Source: the human T2T-CHM13v2.0 reference genome, Homo sapiens. Taken from it: a stretch of DNA of 64,000 nt. The stretch is from the NCBI RefSeq assembly GCF_009914755.1, contig NC_060947.1. The stretch is one strand, 5' to 3'. Below the pieces are notes generated by a model. It was not told the DNA's origin and ran no database searches. It saw only the letters and a list, made by a program, of their open reading frames with translations. Each line of letters starts with the position of its first letter. Positions within the stretch are counted from its first letter, which is position 1. Made by a program: the position numbers and the translations under genes. Positions 15,606 to 30,737 of the stretch are shown here, in pieces.

Positions 15606-16018
15606 TACAGCCATAATTTCAGATGTCCATCAGCAGCATTAACTTGGGAACCTAGAAGTACTCTTCATGTTTTTTATTGTTTTCATTTTCTTGCTTCTCA
15701 CAGTGCTAACAAAATACATAGATGTCAAAATTCTCAGTTTTACTTTCCTCTCTGCTGGGTATATTAGGTTAGCACTAGCAGTGATTCTTGGATTTTAATA
15801 TCTCTGTTTCCATGTGTTGTGTAAATACAAGTATTAAAGTGACTTTTTCTAATATATCTTTACTTGGGAATTAAATATCACTGCTTCCTCTATTAGTTGA
15901 TTCTGGGTATTTTCATTTGTTGAGGCCTCCGTGATAAAATGGTACTGCCTTTCTCCAAAGTAAAAGCTGCTGTTCCATTTGTTCTATTAGTTTTCTTGTT
16001 CTAGCAGCTTGGATTTAA

Positions 16019-16333
<315 letters not shown>

Positions 16334-16589
16334 TAAATTTAATATTTGACTTAGATTTTCTGTTCTGAAATAAATTATTGGGAAAGACGTGGGTTTATTT
16401 TATTTTGAGTCACTGGTCTAATTTTAAAAGATGTAGTTGTTCACTTGAAGTAGTACTCTAGGATTTAGGTAATTTTCTTTCATTATTTTATTTATTCATT
16501 CATTCCAAAATTGTTTATTGAGGTCACTATGTTTCAGGCAATGACTGTCTTTGCTTCCTTTCCTACCATGAAGAATCAATTATATTTTT

Positions 16590-17940
16590 GAATTGTTAAT
16601 TCTTATCTAATTTCATGCTTACAGAATACTTGCAAAAAAAGTACAATTCCCAAATATCTCTCATCTAGCTTTTCCTAAAGTTAACATTTTACATAATAAT
16701 GACCAAAAACAGTAAATTAATATTGGTACAATACTATTCACTGAACTATACATAGTATTCAAATTTCACCAATTTTTCCACTAATGGCCCCTTTTCTTTT
16801 TCAGGATCCAATGTACTATCCCATATTTTATTTAGTTGTTGTGTCTCTTCATCTCCTCCAATGTCTGGCAGTTCTTCAGTCTTCCCTTGTTTTTTATAAT
16901 CTCGGTACTAATGATACATACTGGTTAGTTCTTTTATAGCTGGCCCTCAGTTTGGGTTTCTCAGATGTTTTTTCATGATTTGAATGAAGTTATGCACTTT
17001 TGGCAAGAATACCACAAACATGATATTGTGCCTCAGAAGTGCATCACATCAGTGGGGCTCATTATATCAACATTTCTTATGAATACTTCTTATGAATATT
17101 TCTGCCTGAGTTTTGAATCCCATTATTTTTCACCCTTTCACAGTCAGGGATATTGTGCTCTCTTTGATGTGCCTCTCACCCTCAGTAACTTCAATCTCTA
17201 AGTATCGTTTGATTCCTCCAAGTAGCATCCCAATTGTGCTCAATAATCCCATATTTTAAAAAAATTACATAACCATGATATCAACATGGTTATGTTAACC
17301 ATGATCATTTGGTTAAGGTAGTTTTTGCCAGGTTTCTCCACTGTAAAGTTAAGATCTTTCTGTAGTTAGTAACTATTTTTTGTGGAGATATTTTGAGTCT
17401 ATGCAAATTCTGTTTCTCATCAAACTTCACTTACTATTTTTAGTATTCATTATTGGATCTCGTCTGTAGCAATTATTACTGTGGTGTGTGCTTAAAAGTG
17501 AATTTTCTATTTCTCTTTTTCTTTCTATGCCTTCTTCCCTATTTATTTATTTACTTGGTGATTTATTTATATCCAGATAGACTTCTGGGTATTCATTTTC
17601 TCCTGTAGGTTAAAATCCAGTGCTATCATTTTTGTGTGTGTGCACAAATGGTTCTGTCTTTGGCAGATTCAGTTAGGATCTTTTTAAAGGTTGGCTACTA
17701 TGTTCTTTCAACAATCCCCCGTTCCCTTTTGTTCATTTTGTTACTTCATAATGTCACAAGATTTTCAAGACTCATCTTGTATTTTTCCTATTTCAGCCCT
17801 AGAATCACTTGCTTTTCCAAGGATACCTAGTTCCTTTTGTTGTGGGATGGTGTTTAGAAACCAAGATCTGGACAATTTTAAGCTGTTGTTTCTTTACCCT
17901 CTTTTTGGGCCCTCTCAGTGGGAAAAGCTAGGAAATGAAG
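16590..17940 (-). mobile_element. Old L1M (MC/MD/ME-type) 3' region, interrupted at ~17080-17295
   Basis: caggatccaatg...atttagttg..., gcatcacatcag...catttggttaaggtag...gccaggtttctccactgtaaagtt, cagccctagaatcact...ccaagatctgg. Confidence 0.7.
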
Positions 17941-17975
17941 TCTTGCTTTCAAATTGTGTGCCTGGCCCTCTGAAT

Positions 17976-18291
17976 CTGGGGTCCCTAAGCCCCGGGCCAT
18001 GGACTGTTACCCTTCCATGGTCTGTTAGGAACCAGGCTGCACCTGCACAGCAGGAGGTGAGCGGTAGGTGAGCGAGCTTTACTGCCTGAACTCCACCTCC
18101 TGTTAGATTAGCGTTAGATTCTCATTGGAGCACAAACCCTATTGTGAACTGTGCATATGAGGGATCTGGGTTGCACGCTCCTTACGAGAATGTAATGCCT
18201 TCCCAATCCCCCAACCACCTTGCTCCAGTCCATGGAAAAATTGTCTTCCATGAAACCGATCCCTGGTGCTAAAATGGTTGAGGAGTGCTGC
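17976..18291. mobile_element. MER1B-like hAT-Charlie element
   Basis: ggggtccctaagccccgggcc...gcacagcaggaggtgagcgg...catggaaaaattgtcttccatgaaaccgatccctggtgctaaaatggttg. Confidence 0.85.
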
Positions 18292-19247
18292 TCTAAATAA
18301 TATCTGGCTCTTTAAGTTGTGTATACATTAAAATTCTTTCCATGTAGCCAGTAACATTTTTAAATATTTTGTCCCTGTATGTTAAGTATGGATCTGTAAA
18401 GACCCCAAACCTCTAGGAACTCAGTGATCTACATTCTCTGTGCTTGCACTATAGCAGCTGAGTATCCTTGAAAAAGCATCCAACATTGTAAGTTGGCTTC
18501 ATTACAGATTTATGATTACCAACTTTAAATTGCTTGGTAATCTTACTACATTTTTTCTGAGTAACTCATTCTTCATGTATTCGCATCAATCATTTAAAAC
18601 CACAGCTTTCTCATCTTCTGCCTTGTTATCAGCAAAAGATACTATTTGCTACTTCATGAAGACAATAGAACCTTTGAGTAGCCTACATTTCAACTTCATT
18701 TCACCAAACAGAAAATCAAGTCTGTTTATACACACACACACACACATATACACACACCATTTCCTCCTCCTAAGTTGAATACTTCTGCCTGACTATTGAA
18801 TCCCATTATTATTCACCCTTTCACAGATTCAGGGATATTCTGCTGTCTTTGATGCGCCTCTCATATTCAATAACTTCAATCTCTACATATTGCTTGATTC
18901 CTCCAAATAGCATCTGAATATGCTCAATAATCCCATATTTAAAAAAAAACACTATCTCATATGCCTCTCCAATTCCTACTCAAAATAACTCTTATTACTA
19001 AAGTTTTGAAATACATTGTTTGCACTACACTAGTAATCTTTAGAATTTTGAGTTTTATATAAACAGTAAATGTTCAAAAAGAAAACTCAGACACCAACTT
19101 CATTTGAAAAATTATTCTATGTAAGGAAGTTAAATACACAGGCACTCACATGTGCACAGACCCACACATGTCCAATATGCTATTGTCATTTCATAAAAAG
19201 AATTAACATAAAAATGGTATCGTTCTATAATTGGAATCACTTTAGCT

Positions 19248-19462
19248 GAGTGGTTCTTAATGAGGAATGATTTTGCCCCTCAAGGAGCATTTGGCAATAT
19301 CTGGAGACATTTTTGTTTGTCACGCTGAGCAGAATGTGCTACTAATATCTAATGGATAGAGGTCAAGGATAGTGATAAACTTATTACAATGCACAAGACA
19401 GCCTCCTACAGTACATAATTATCCAGTGTAAAACGGTGATAGTATTGAGGTTGAGAACCCTG
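19248..19462. mobile_element. MER20-like hAT element
   Basis: gtggttcttaatg...gattttgcccctcaaggagcatttggcaatatctggagacatttttg...tgaggttgagaaccctg. Confidence 0.85.
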
Positions 19463-20833
19463 GTGAACTTTATGAAAAACAATATTGTTTTTTTTTCAAT
19501 TATTTGAGGTGAACTAAAAAATATATAGAAGAGCATTTGGCAAACCCTGGTTTACTTTTATTGTCTCCTCTTCCTCGTGTCTCCTTCATGCCAAATATAG
19601 CTCTTACTATTTCATCGTCTATGAAACTGCTCTCATAATAGCCCCCCATAATCTTAATTTCATGGAGTTTTATGGCTTTATTTTAGTCCTAATCTTACTT
19701 GTAGTCTCAGTCTTAATATTGTCCATCATATCACTCTTGTGAAATCAATTTTGTTCCTTGGAATCCAAGACAGCTCACCTCTTAACTGTCTACTACACCA
19801 CTGCATGTACATCCATATCTTCTATGGGTTCCCCATTCTTATTGTCTACTGATTCTGTATTGGTAGTGTTTCCCAGATTGTCCTAGATTCCCTTTTCTTC
19901 TCACTCATACTCCATCAGCATCTACATTAACTCCCATGGTTTCCACCACCATCTAAATTTTGATGCCTCACAAGTCAAAATCACAAGTGCTGAACCCTTT
20001 CCTGGGCCTCAAGCCCTGTCATGTTTTACCTCTATAGAAGGGATATTTCTGTTTAAGTATCACAGAAGCACATGAAACTCAACATGAGCAATACTCAAAC
20101 TCCTTCTCTGCCAAATCTAGTAGATTTTATTTATTTTGCCTGTTATATAGCTACCAAATCCCCAATTACCAGTACTCTGGTGCAGGGTCTCATTATCACT
20201 CTCACCTGTATTTATCACTGTTTCAATTTAAATGGTCCTTGTGGTTCTTACCTTCCCACTTCCCATCTTCACCCCTTTAGTGAACTCTCAGTAAGAAAAC
20301 CTCTCATTGGCTTCTGTTACCTTTAAGGAAGCCAATATAAAGCCATTATAAAATGTTTTATATCTCTTCATGTGACATGAAAGGCCTCTTATGATCTCAT
20401 GCTTACTTATTATTTAATCTTATTTTCTATCAGTGCTCATCCACTAACACACACCATCAGGGTATCTTTGGTTGCTCAAATAAACCTCATTTTCCCCTCT
20501 CCACAGGCCTTTGCATGTGCTGTCCCTCAGCCTGGAACACTCTATTCAGCTCCAAACTCCACTGCTAACAGAGTCCACCCTCCTTTTATCTTATTTCACC
20601 CCCCACTCCAAGTAGTGACAAGGTTGTAGAACAAATGACACTGTTATATATTGCTGGAAAGAGTGTAATTTGGGACAAACGTGTTTAGATCTGTTAGGTA
20701 GTATCTACCAAAGTTGAACATATGTGTACTGCAACTGGGTCATAGGTATATATATATATGTTCAGTTTTATAAAAACCCAGCGTCAGTATTTATGTCTGT
20801 CACCTAAAGGTAGTAATAAGATTGTTCATAGTA

Positions 20834-20912
20834 TTAAGTTGATGCGAATGTGGTTGTGGTTTTTGCCATTACTTTTAATGCAAAAAATGCAATTACTTTT
20901 GCACCAACATAA
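20834..20912. mobile_element. MADE1 (Hsmar1-derived) MITE
   Basis: ~79-bp element ttaagttgatgcgaatgtggttgtggtttttgccatt...aatgcaaaaaatgcaattacttttgcaccaacataa with Hsmar1-type ITRs; left ITR decayed. Confidence 0.85.
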
Positions 20913-22409
20913 TGGTATGGTTTATTCACTCCTCTATTATCCACTGGACAGCAATTCCTCCAGGATAGCTTTTCTGACATGCCACCCATTCTCACATCCT
21001 GGCTCACTTTATTATCCTGCCGTGTCCTTTCATAATTAACGTGCTTTCCTGAAATTGCTTGTTAAATTGTATGCCTGTTTATACTGTCTGTTCTTTGAAG
21101 GTGAGGAGTGTATTAGTATTATTTGTGGTTTTATTCTCACTTTTCACCTTTGCTCTTGGTGCTAAAAAGGAGGGTTGAAAAAAATACCAAGTTTTAGATG
21201 GTTTAAATTCCTGGTTTTAGCAACCAGGAATAGAATATATTCCTGCAGATCATGGGGAGTTTGTTTCTAGACAATTTAACCTTAACATGATGATGGCCTG
21301 TCCTGTTCTAATTGCTCTTTCCTGGACATGACATTCAAACTTGCCATTAAATATTTCTTGAGCTTTTGGAAATATCATTTGATTTCCATGTTCTTAATGA
21401 CCTGTGTTTCAAGATTTTTTTTTATTTTCAACTTTATCTTTTCCGAAACCTAATTAAATCACATAATAAAAACATGTACTTATCACTATCACCACACCAT
21501 AAAACCCTGAATTAAACTTTTTAAAATGTCTTGCCAACAGAAAAAAAAATTGAAAATTATGTTATTTAAATATCTATGAAGGATTTTTAATAATAACCTG
21601 TTCACATGCTTTCCTTATATTAAAATACATAGTTACATTTAAAGAAATATGTAGTACATACTTGCAAAATCCTTAGAAAAGTGTCAATAAAAGAACCATA
21701 CAAGAAGTTCCTTTTTACTGTGTTTATTGCTTTCATTTTAGAGAGAATATAAGAGGTGAAATGCAAGATACTATGGGTTGTAACGTAGCAACAATAAAGA
21801 TAAAATCATAAAAGAGAATGTTTGGCTTGGCTTTTGAAGAAAGAATTAGTAGGCCCCTGGGGTGGTTTTCAATATACTCTTCACCTTAAATATTTTGTAT
21901 CTCTTGGTATTTTTCTCTTTTACACATTCAGTTCAGTTCATTTATACATTACGGAATATACATTGAAATGTTATAGTTAAAATGTAGACATAAAGGGACA
22001 TGCAAATAACTTAGAATACTTTGATTTTATTAGGATGCACAATATTGTTGGAAAACTAACACTCAGGGATCCAAAATTGAACTAATATATGAAGGAATAT
22101 ATAACAAGAGGCTAGTTAGTGGGTTGACAAACTGACTTCCCCAAAGGGACTTCAGTATATGTACTGCTTTTTCACTGTGGTCAAAATCACAGGTTAAAAT
22201 AAGAAGTAGTTTGAAATTCCTACCCACACAATGTGTTACTAAGGGCAGTGGATAAATCTTGAAAATATGGGGTCTACCCCTCTCCCCATTCATCCAGCAT
22301 GTCCTTAGGGCCCTCAGTCGTATAACTAGTCAGCAAAGCACTATGTGCTCTGGGAGAATTTGGGAAACCCAAACTATTCTATTACTGAAGTGACTTCAGT
22401 ACTTCCATT

Positions 22410-23117
22410 AAAAAAAAAAAAATATATATATATATATATATAATTTCAAAGTTTATTTTAGATTCAGGGCGTCTATGTGCAGGTTTGTTACATGGGTATA
22501 TTGCATGATGCTGAGGTTTGAAATACAAATGATCCCGTCACCCAGGTAGCGAACATAGTCCTCAATAATTAGTTTTTCAACCCTTGCTCCCTCGGTCCCC
22601 AGTATCTATTTTCGCCATCTTTATGTCCACTAGTACTCAATGTTTAGCTCCCACTTATAAGTGAGAAGGTACGGCATTTGGTTTTCTGTTCCTGCATTAA
22701 TTCACTTAGGATAATGGCCTCCAGCTGCATTCATGTTGCTGCAAAGGACACGATTTCTATCTTTTTTGTGGCTGCATAGTATTTCATGGTGTGTACGTAC
22801 CACTTTATTAAATCTACTGCTGATGGACATCTAGGTTCCCTCCATGTCTTTGTTACTGTGAATAGTAATGCAATGAACATAGGGTGCAGGTAGAACAATT
22901 TATTTTCTTTTGCGTATGTACCCAGTAATGAGATTGCTTGGTTGAATGGCAGTTCTGTTTTAAGCTCTTTGAGGAATCTCCAAACTGTTTTCCACAGTGG
23001 CTGAACTAATTTACATTCCTATAAACAATGTATAAACCTTCCCTTTTATCTGCAGCCTCACCAGCATATGTTGTTTTTTTACTTTTTAACAGTAGCCATT
23101 CTGACAGGTGTGAGACC
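22410..23117 (-). mobile_element. L1 3' end (L1PB/L1MA-like) with (A)n(TA)n tail
   Basis: ttttagattcagg...gtgcaggtttgttacatgggtatattgcatgatgctgagg...tagccattctgacaggtgtgaga. Confidence 0.9.
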
Positions 23118-25243
23118 AGTAGAAAAAGGCATTATGAGAAGTACTATTTTAAACTACCTGAAAGAGCAACTTACACACCAATGCATATAAACTATGATTT
23201 GTGGAAGTAAGTGGAGATGGGGAAGAGGAGTTCATTGAATTCATCCCTCCCCACCAACCAGCTTCTAAGACAATATAACCTGTTGTTCCCATTTACACAC
23301 ACCGAGAATGAGTTTATTGAAATAACTTATAGAAATGACTTAAGTAATATAAAACACATCACACATTTTATCTGTATGTTGAATATCAAAATTGAGATTC
23401 CTAGAAAATTCTTATTTTCAAAAGTATATACCCAGATTACTTGTAAGCATTGGAAAGACAATGGCTAATCACTCACATTTTGGAAATGAAAGAAATTACC
23501 TCAATCAGGACAAGTTCTTAGTGTCACTCATTTAGTGGTAGAGATCCATGATAGAGAATGCAATTCTCAGACCAAAGATTATGGTTGGTTCCTTAACTAT
23601 GCCTTGAATATACTAAACAACTTCCCATTTATCAGCTGGAGAACTTACAATGTTATAGAGTGGTCATGGGCTTAAGAAAATGTTTACAGAGAGGTTATAT
23701 ATTGTATTAGAAAGCTGTTTATCAGGCCATGAATGTGCTATCCACAGAGAAACTATGTTTTGTGGATATGGGAAGGAAAGGAGTAAATAAGGCAAATGCA
23801 TTGCAAGAAAGAATTTGGAGAATAAATGTAGCAAGCACTTACCATGTAGGCCCAGCCTTGGATATGGTGAAATGAATATTATTTTGAATTAATTAAATTT
23901 ATTTGCTACATACCATATTTAATCAGCTTCATAGCTTCATACCATCTTATATATTTTTCTGGAAATTTTATATCCTGTGGGGAAACATGAAAGATCAATT
24001 TACCAAACAGAAAGAAATTATCAAGTCACTATGTCTAGAAACATTTTATTTGAATTTTATCTTCCCATGATTTGCACATAAAAAAGGAAGGAAGAAGATT
24101 GATTTTGCAAGTTTTCCAAAAAACTAAACTTGGCTCTAAGTAATGTTGGATTTGACAGAAATGAAAGTATTTTAATCAAAATGTCATATATTAAAAGAAT
24201 AAACCATGTGTGTAAATTCAAAACTTTGATTCTTACTCCTTTCCCCCTTTCAATTAAATTGAACCTGTAGAGCACATAAAGGACAAACTAAGCAAAGTTG
24301 CTCCTGAACTGATGATATTACCATATCTACCATTAGTAATATTTCTTTAACATTTATATTCTGCCTCTTCACTTTCCAGACTGAATCACTGTAAAAATAG
24401 GTGTGAACTGCATGGACATGAGCAGTGCTTTTCTTGAAAGCAATGATTAGTTAAAGAAATCCAGAAATCAATATCTTTCTCAAAAGCAACTGGTAGAAGA
24501 CAAATCCCAAACAATTACTGGAATCCAAGAAGAAAATGAATTAATTTAGGTTTTTTTTCTACAAGTACTAGAAACTGTAAGGTCCTATTATCAAAATTAG
24601 ATTAGGATGGAACTAGAGAGCCACAACTTTAGCCACAAACTTTCAAAATATCCTGCCTCTGGACCATGGAGCGCTTGATAAAATGGTGCATTTGGATACT
24701 TTACTTGCTTACAGCGTGGGAAAGACTCACGTAAACTGCAATAAGAACCATGAGAGATAGTTTTGTTCTGTGGAGTCGCAAAAGCTGAACATCCTCCCCA
24801 CAAGGTTATTTAGAAGACGTCTTGCACTGTTCAAATGCAGAGGAAGGCGAATGACTCGAGTCTATGGTATGTAATCAATATTTTGATTTCAACAATGATT
24901 TTGGGAGTGGGGTTAATTTTTAATTGCAGAGATCTTTCTAGTATGAAGACAACTGGATTCATCCCTCTGTGATTGAAAGTTACCTTAAATAATACTGAGC
25001 GGAAATAGTCTTGTTTCTTAATTTTACAGAAAATTTTACAGTTGCCTGGGGCACAATATGAGAAATCTTACTTGTTTTTCTCTTTTTAAACACAATGCTG
25101 CACTTCTAGTAAAGTATATTCTCACCAGAACTTTCTAATACATTGATATGAAAATATTCCTACACTATCTCAAATATTAAGACGGAATAGAGATAATTCA
25201 TCTTATAATGTTAGACCTACATAGCACCATAATAAATTCATAT

Positions 25244-25369
25244 TTTTAAAATTGAAATGGGGTCTTGCTTTGTTGCCCAGGCTAGTCTCGAACTCCTGGC
25301 CTCAAGCTATCCTCCCACCTCAGCCTTCCAAAGAGCTGGGATTACAGGTATGAGCCACCACACTTTGCC
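25244..25369 (-). mobile_element. FLAM-type Alu monomer
   Basis: Single left-monomer sequence; AGCACCATAA repeated on both sides as a TSD remnant. Confidence 0.85.
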
Positions 25370-25411
25370 AGCACCATAACACATTTATGTTAAATGTTTA
25401 TAAAAGCCTTT

Positions 25412-25417
<6 letters not shown>

Positions 25418-25452
<35 letters not shown>
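25418..25452. repeat. (TA)n microsatellite
   Basis: Directly visible. Confidence 0.95.
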
Positions 25453-25462
<10 letters not shown>

Positions 25463-26335
25463 TTTGATAGGTTACGTTACATTTTATAAAATACTTTATC
25501 ATATAAGCATACCAGTAGGACTATATTTGGTATATCATAAATGCTGGGGTTTTTTCTTCATCCTGAATTTGAAAATACATGTACTGGTGTGTGATTCAAC
25601 TTATTTAATTCAAATAGGAAAAGAAAAGTTTTTCAAAAAATGTTTGCTAGGCTTAGCTATTTGCCAATAACATTTGGGTGGGGTAATTTGTGTGTGTGTT
25701 AGTATCCAGCAGGCTACAGAAAGTTTAGCATAGCAGCTACCCAATCCCATAAATGCAATAACACTTTCCAGATACTATGATAACCAAAACCTCCCACATT
25801 TTCAATTCCCTGATCATCCTCTTTTACCCCATTGAGGAGACTGGCTTAGAACAGTGGTTTACAGAATTATGATGCTCTCTACATTTATAAAAATAAGGCA
25901 GTAAGTTGTTGCTTCTCCCCCTTCCCTCTACCTCTCTCTCCCTCTTCCCTTCTCTCTCCCCACTCTCCTTTTCATCTTGTTAGAAACTGCTATTGAAAGC
26001 GTAGTAATAAACAAACATCTTTCTTTCATGGTATCTTATAGGTAGCAAAGTTCTTTTATATGTATTATTTTATTTTATCATTATAATATCTATATCTGGA
26101 AAGCAGAGCATACATTATATTTCTCTGCATACAGGTAAAAAACAATAAACGAAGGCTCAGGGAAGTTAAGAAACTGTATCATACCGTAGTGATGCTGGAA
26201 AGTGTCTTGTTCTTGTTTAGATTAGTCTTTTTAACTATGTCTGACTGAAATGTTAACATGTTCCCTGTCTTTAAGAAGACAATAGTTTAAGTGGGAAGAA
26301 AATTTCAATCAACATAGCTTAAATCCTAACTTTCA

Positions 26336-26671
<336 letters not shown>

Positions 26672-26817
26672 TCAGCTCTGCCATCTGGCATCCTCACACA
26701 GCCTCCTTTCACGTCCCCCTGGGGAACTGCATGTGCTGCCGCACCACATCCAGAGGCATGGAGCCGGGGCACGTTCCTGTCAAGGGTGCTGGCCCTGCCA
26801 TTCTCCCCAGGAGGTAG

Positions 26818-27945
<1,128 letters not shown>

Positions 27946-29399
27946 TGTGCTGGTTTTGATGGAAGACCAGGGGCTGTTAGGGTGGCTGTCTTGGTGAGGC
28001 AGCCTCACACTTGCCTTTTGCATGGAGCAGGGTCCTCAGTGTTGGATTCCAGAATCAGGGAATCCCGAGGACTTCATAGGCCTATTGCTTGTCCAGGCCT
28101 ATGTAGAGAAGGACTACAGAAAACAGATGCTTGCTCCAGGGACCCTGGGCGATGCGAGGTACAGGCAGGCTGCCTCAGGGCCAAGGTGCTGTGCAGAATG
28201 GAGAGAGCGGCATGTATCCCACTTGGGTGCAGAGTTCTGAGGCAAGGGACCTCAGATGCTAGAAGACAGAACCCTGGGCTCCATCACTCATGTTAATGGT
28301 TTAATACTGACTAATTGCTAAAGGTAACAAAATGTGTAAAATGGTGCTACCATTTATTCATTAAAAAAGCTTGAAAGCCTGTTATTTGTTGGGTGCTTAG
28401 CTAGACGCAGACATTACTGCACATAAGAAATACCTTAAATTTTTTTATAATAAAGTCACTTGAAATGTCAAAATATAAGTGCATAGATTTGTCAAAGGTC
28501 AGAAGGGAAGTAGAAAGAAAAGAAAGTAGTTTCAAACTTATTGTAATGAAACCTCATGTGTATCCACCATGTTTAAAACTGATATATTTTTAGTATTAAT
28601 GTATAAGTACACATCTATAACTTTTTTTACAAAGTCAGGCAATAAAATATAGGGTTATTCTGATAAAAATAACTTACAAAATTGGCATAAAGGATAACAA
28701 TTGCAGTCAGTTTATCATTCTAGCTCCATAATTCAGCATTTTTCTGAGTTTTATTTTGGCTAAATGATTTTAAGAAAATAAAATTCATATAGATAAGACA
28801 TGACAAATGGTATCAGTCATTTTGTAGCTTATTTTTAAATTTTAATATGTTCTTTACTCAGAATCTTGAAAGAATACTGAGAATATATATATATACGTAC
28901 AGACTCTCACACCTAATTAGATTAAAATGGCTAACAATTTAGCATATTCTTCAGTGCATACTATCAGTAAATACCTTTCTAAATCAAATAAAATTATTTT
29001 TGGTAGAAAATTATCAAATGTATACGTTAACTCTTTGAGATATTCAAAAATTTCCTTAAGAGAAAATGAGGATAATCTAAGTACCAGTTACTGTTAATAT
29101 TTGCTAAAAAATTTCTAAATAGTCATATTTACTTTGTCTTGCTTATAAAACCTATAATTTAATTGTAGTTTCATTTGGTCACGTTCTCCAAAGTTGTAAT
29201 ATGGTAACATCAATAACAGGGCAAGCATTTTAAATTTAAATATTTAGGTCAATTTCAAAGTAAAATACAAAGCAACCTATACTTACAATTATGACTAAAA
29301 TGATGTACCATGCAATATTATTATAATTTACTTTTTTATATGTACTTAAAATACATATAGTTTACTATGTATTTATTTGACAGTTAACAGCATATGATG

Positions 29400-30150
29400 C
29401 AATTTTTCACTCTCTCTTAGTTTAAAATTTTTCTTCACTTGGCTTCCAGGACAACACTTTCTCTTGGTTTTCCTCTGATCACATGAATGCTCTTTCTTAG
29501 GCTCTATTTCTCTATTCTCCTCCTATTCTTGATTCCAACAATCAGAAAGCTCCAGGACTCAGTCTTCAGGCCTCTTTTCTCCATATTTACTCAGTCCCTC
29601 ACTGATCACATCAAGCTTCCTGGCCTCAAATACCATCTACATGTTGATGACTGGCAAAGTTACAATGCAATATAGGTCGCTCATTAGAATGCTAGATTCT
29701 TTCTGTCTATTTTTTATTTCCTTTTGGAAGTCTAATAGACACTTTAAAAAAAGCAGCATGGCCAACTCCAAACTCGATTTTTGCCAATCCTCTTCTCTAG
29801 TCATTCTCATCTCAGTTAATGGTAATTCCATCATTTTAGTCAGACTCTAAATTTTGGAATTAGCCCTGACCATCTCGAATGTTCTCCCCAGAGATATCTA
29901 TGTTTCACTGCATTGCTACAGATTTCTGCTCAACTTTCATGTAAGAGCAACCCTTTCTGATTTCCTTAGATTTGCTCCTCATTCATTTCCTGTCATAACT
30001 CCATTTCATTTTCTTTATTATATATAAATTCATGTGTTTCATAATTTATTATGCTTCCCTCTCTTAGCATGTAAGATGTAATCAGACAAAAACAGGAGCT
30101 TTGTCTTTTTAGTTCAGGGTTGTAGCCTCAAGTTTAGAACACTGCTTTAA
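29400..30150. mobile_element. L2 fragments
   Basis: cttcacttggcttccaggacaacactttctcttggttttcctc; aaataccatctacatgttgatgac; catctcagttaatggtaattccatc. Confidence 0.65.
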
Positions 30151-30163
30151 AAATGTTCCTTGA

Positions 30164-30500
30164 GGCCGAGTGCGGTGGCTCATGCCTGTAATCCCAGCAT
30201 GTTGGGAGGCTGAGGCGGGTGGATCACCTGAGGTAAGGAGTTTGAGAACAGCCTGGCCAACATGGTGAAACACCATCTCTACTGAAACAAACAAACAAAC
30301 AAACAAACAAAACAAAAATTAGCTGGGCATGGTGGTGCGTGCCTGTAGTCCCAGCTACTCGGGAGGCTGAGGCAGGAGGATCATTGAACCCAGGAAGCAG
30401 AGGTTGCAGGGAGGTGAGATTGTGCCATGGCACCCCAGCCTGTGCAACAGCGAGACTCCATCTCCAAAAAAACAAAACAAAACAAAAACAAACAAAAAAA
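30164..30500 (+). mobile_element. AluS with (AAAC)n middle and tail
   Basis: ggccgagtgcggtggctcatgcctgtaatcccagc...; flanked by AAAAATGTTCCTTGA and AAAAAGGTTCTTGA. Confidence 0.95.
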
Positions 30501-30679
30501 GGTTCTTGAACACAGAAATCATTTGAATGAAGACATAATATTGTGGGGTTTTTTGAAATTTGTAAAAAAGTTAATTTGTAAACTAATTTTTCTTCCATTA
30601 TACTTTGAAGATTTTAAGGTTTAATAATGTTTATTTTGTTGAGAGCAGGATTTATTTTCCTACTGATTTTACTCTCCAG

Positions 30680-30737
30680 AATTAGGATTCCGTATTTTCA
30701 TTATGAATACAGGAAGGCAGATGTATGGTTAAGACAG
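30680..30737 (+). other. Candidate 58-bp internal exon, probably non-coding
   Basis: Branch-like ctactgat plus tttactctccAG acceptor and strong CAG|GTAAGA donor in unique sequence. No recognisable protein match. Confidence 0.3.

Larger units (their letters stand above)
18420..21150. mobile_element. Highly decayed L2 fragments, interrupted by MER20, an L1 piece and MADE1
   Basis: Pyrimidine-rich L2-like tracts (catgaaactcaacatg; caggcctttgcatgtgctgtccctcagcctggaacact). Boundaries approximate. Confidence 0.5.

Noticed and set aside
23199-23278. Peptide-like frame FVEVSGDGEEEFIEFIPPHQPASKTI* as a terminal coding exon
   Set aside because: An in-frame stop lies just upstream, there is no convincing acceptor, and I recognise no homologue.
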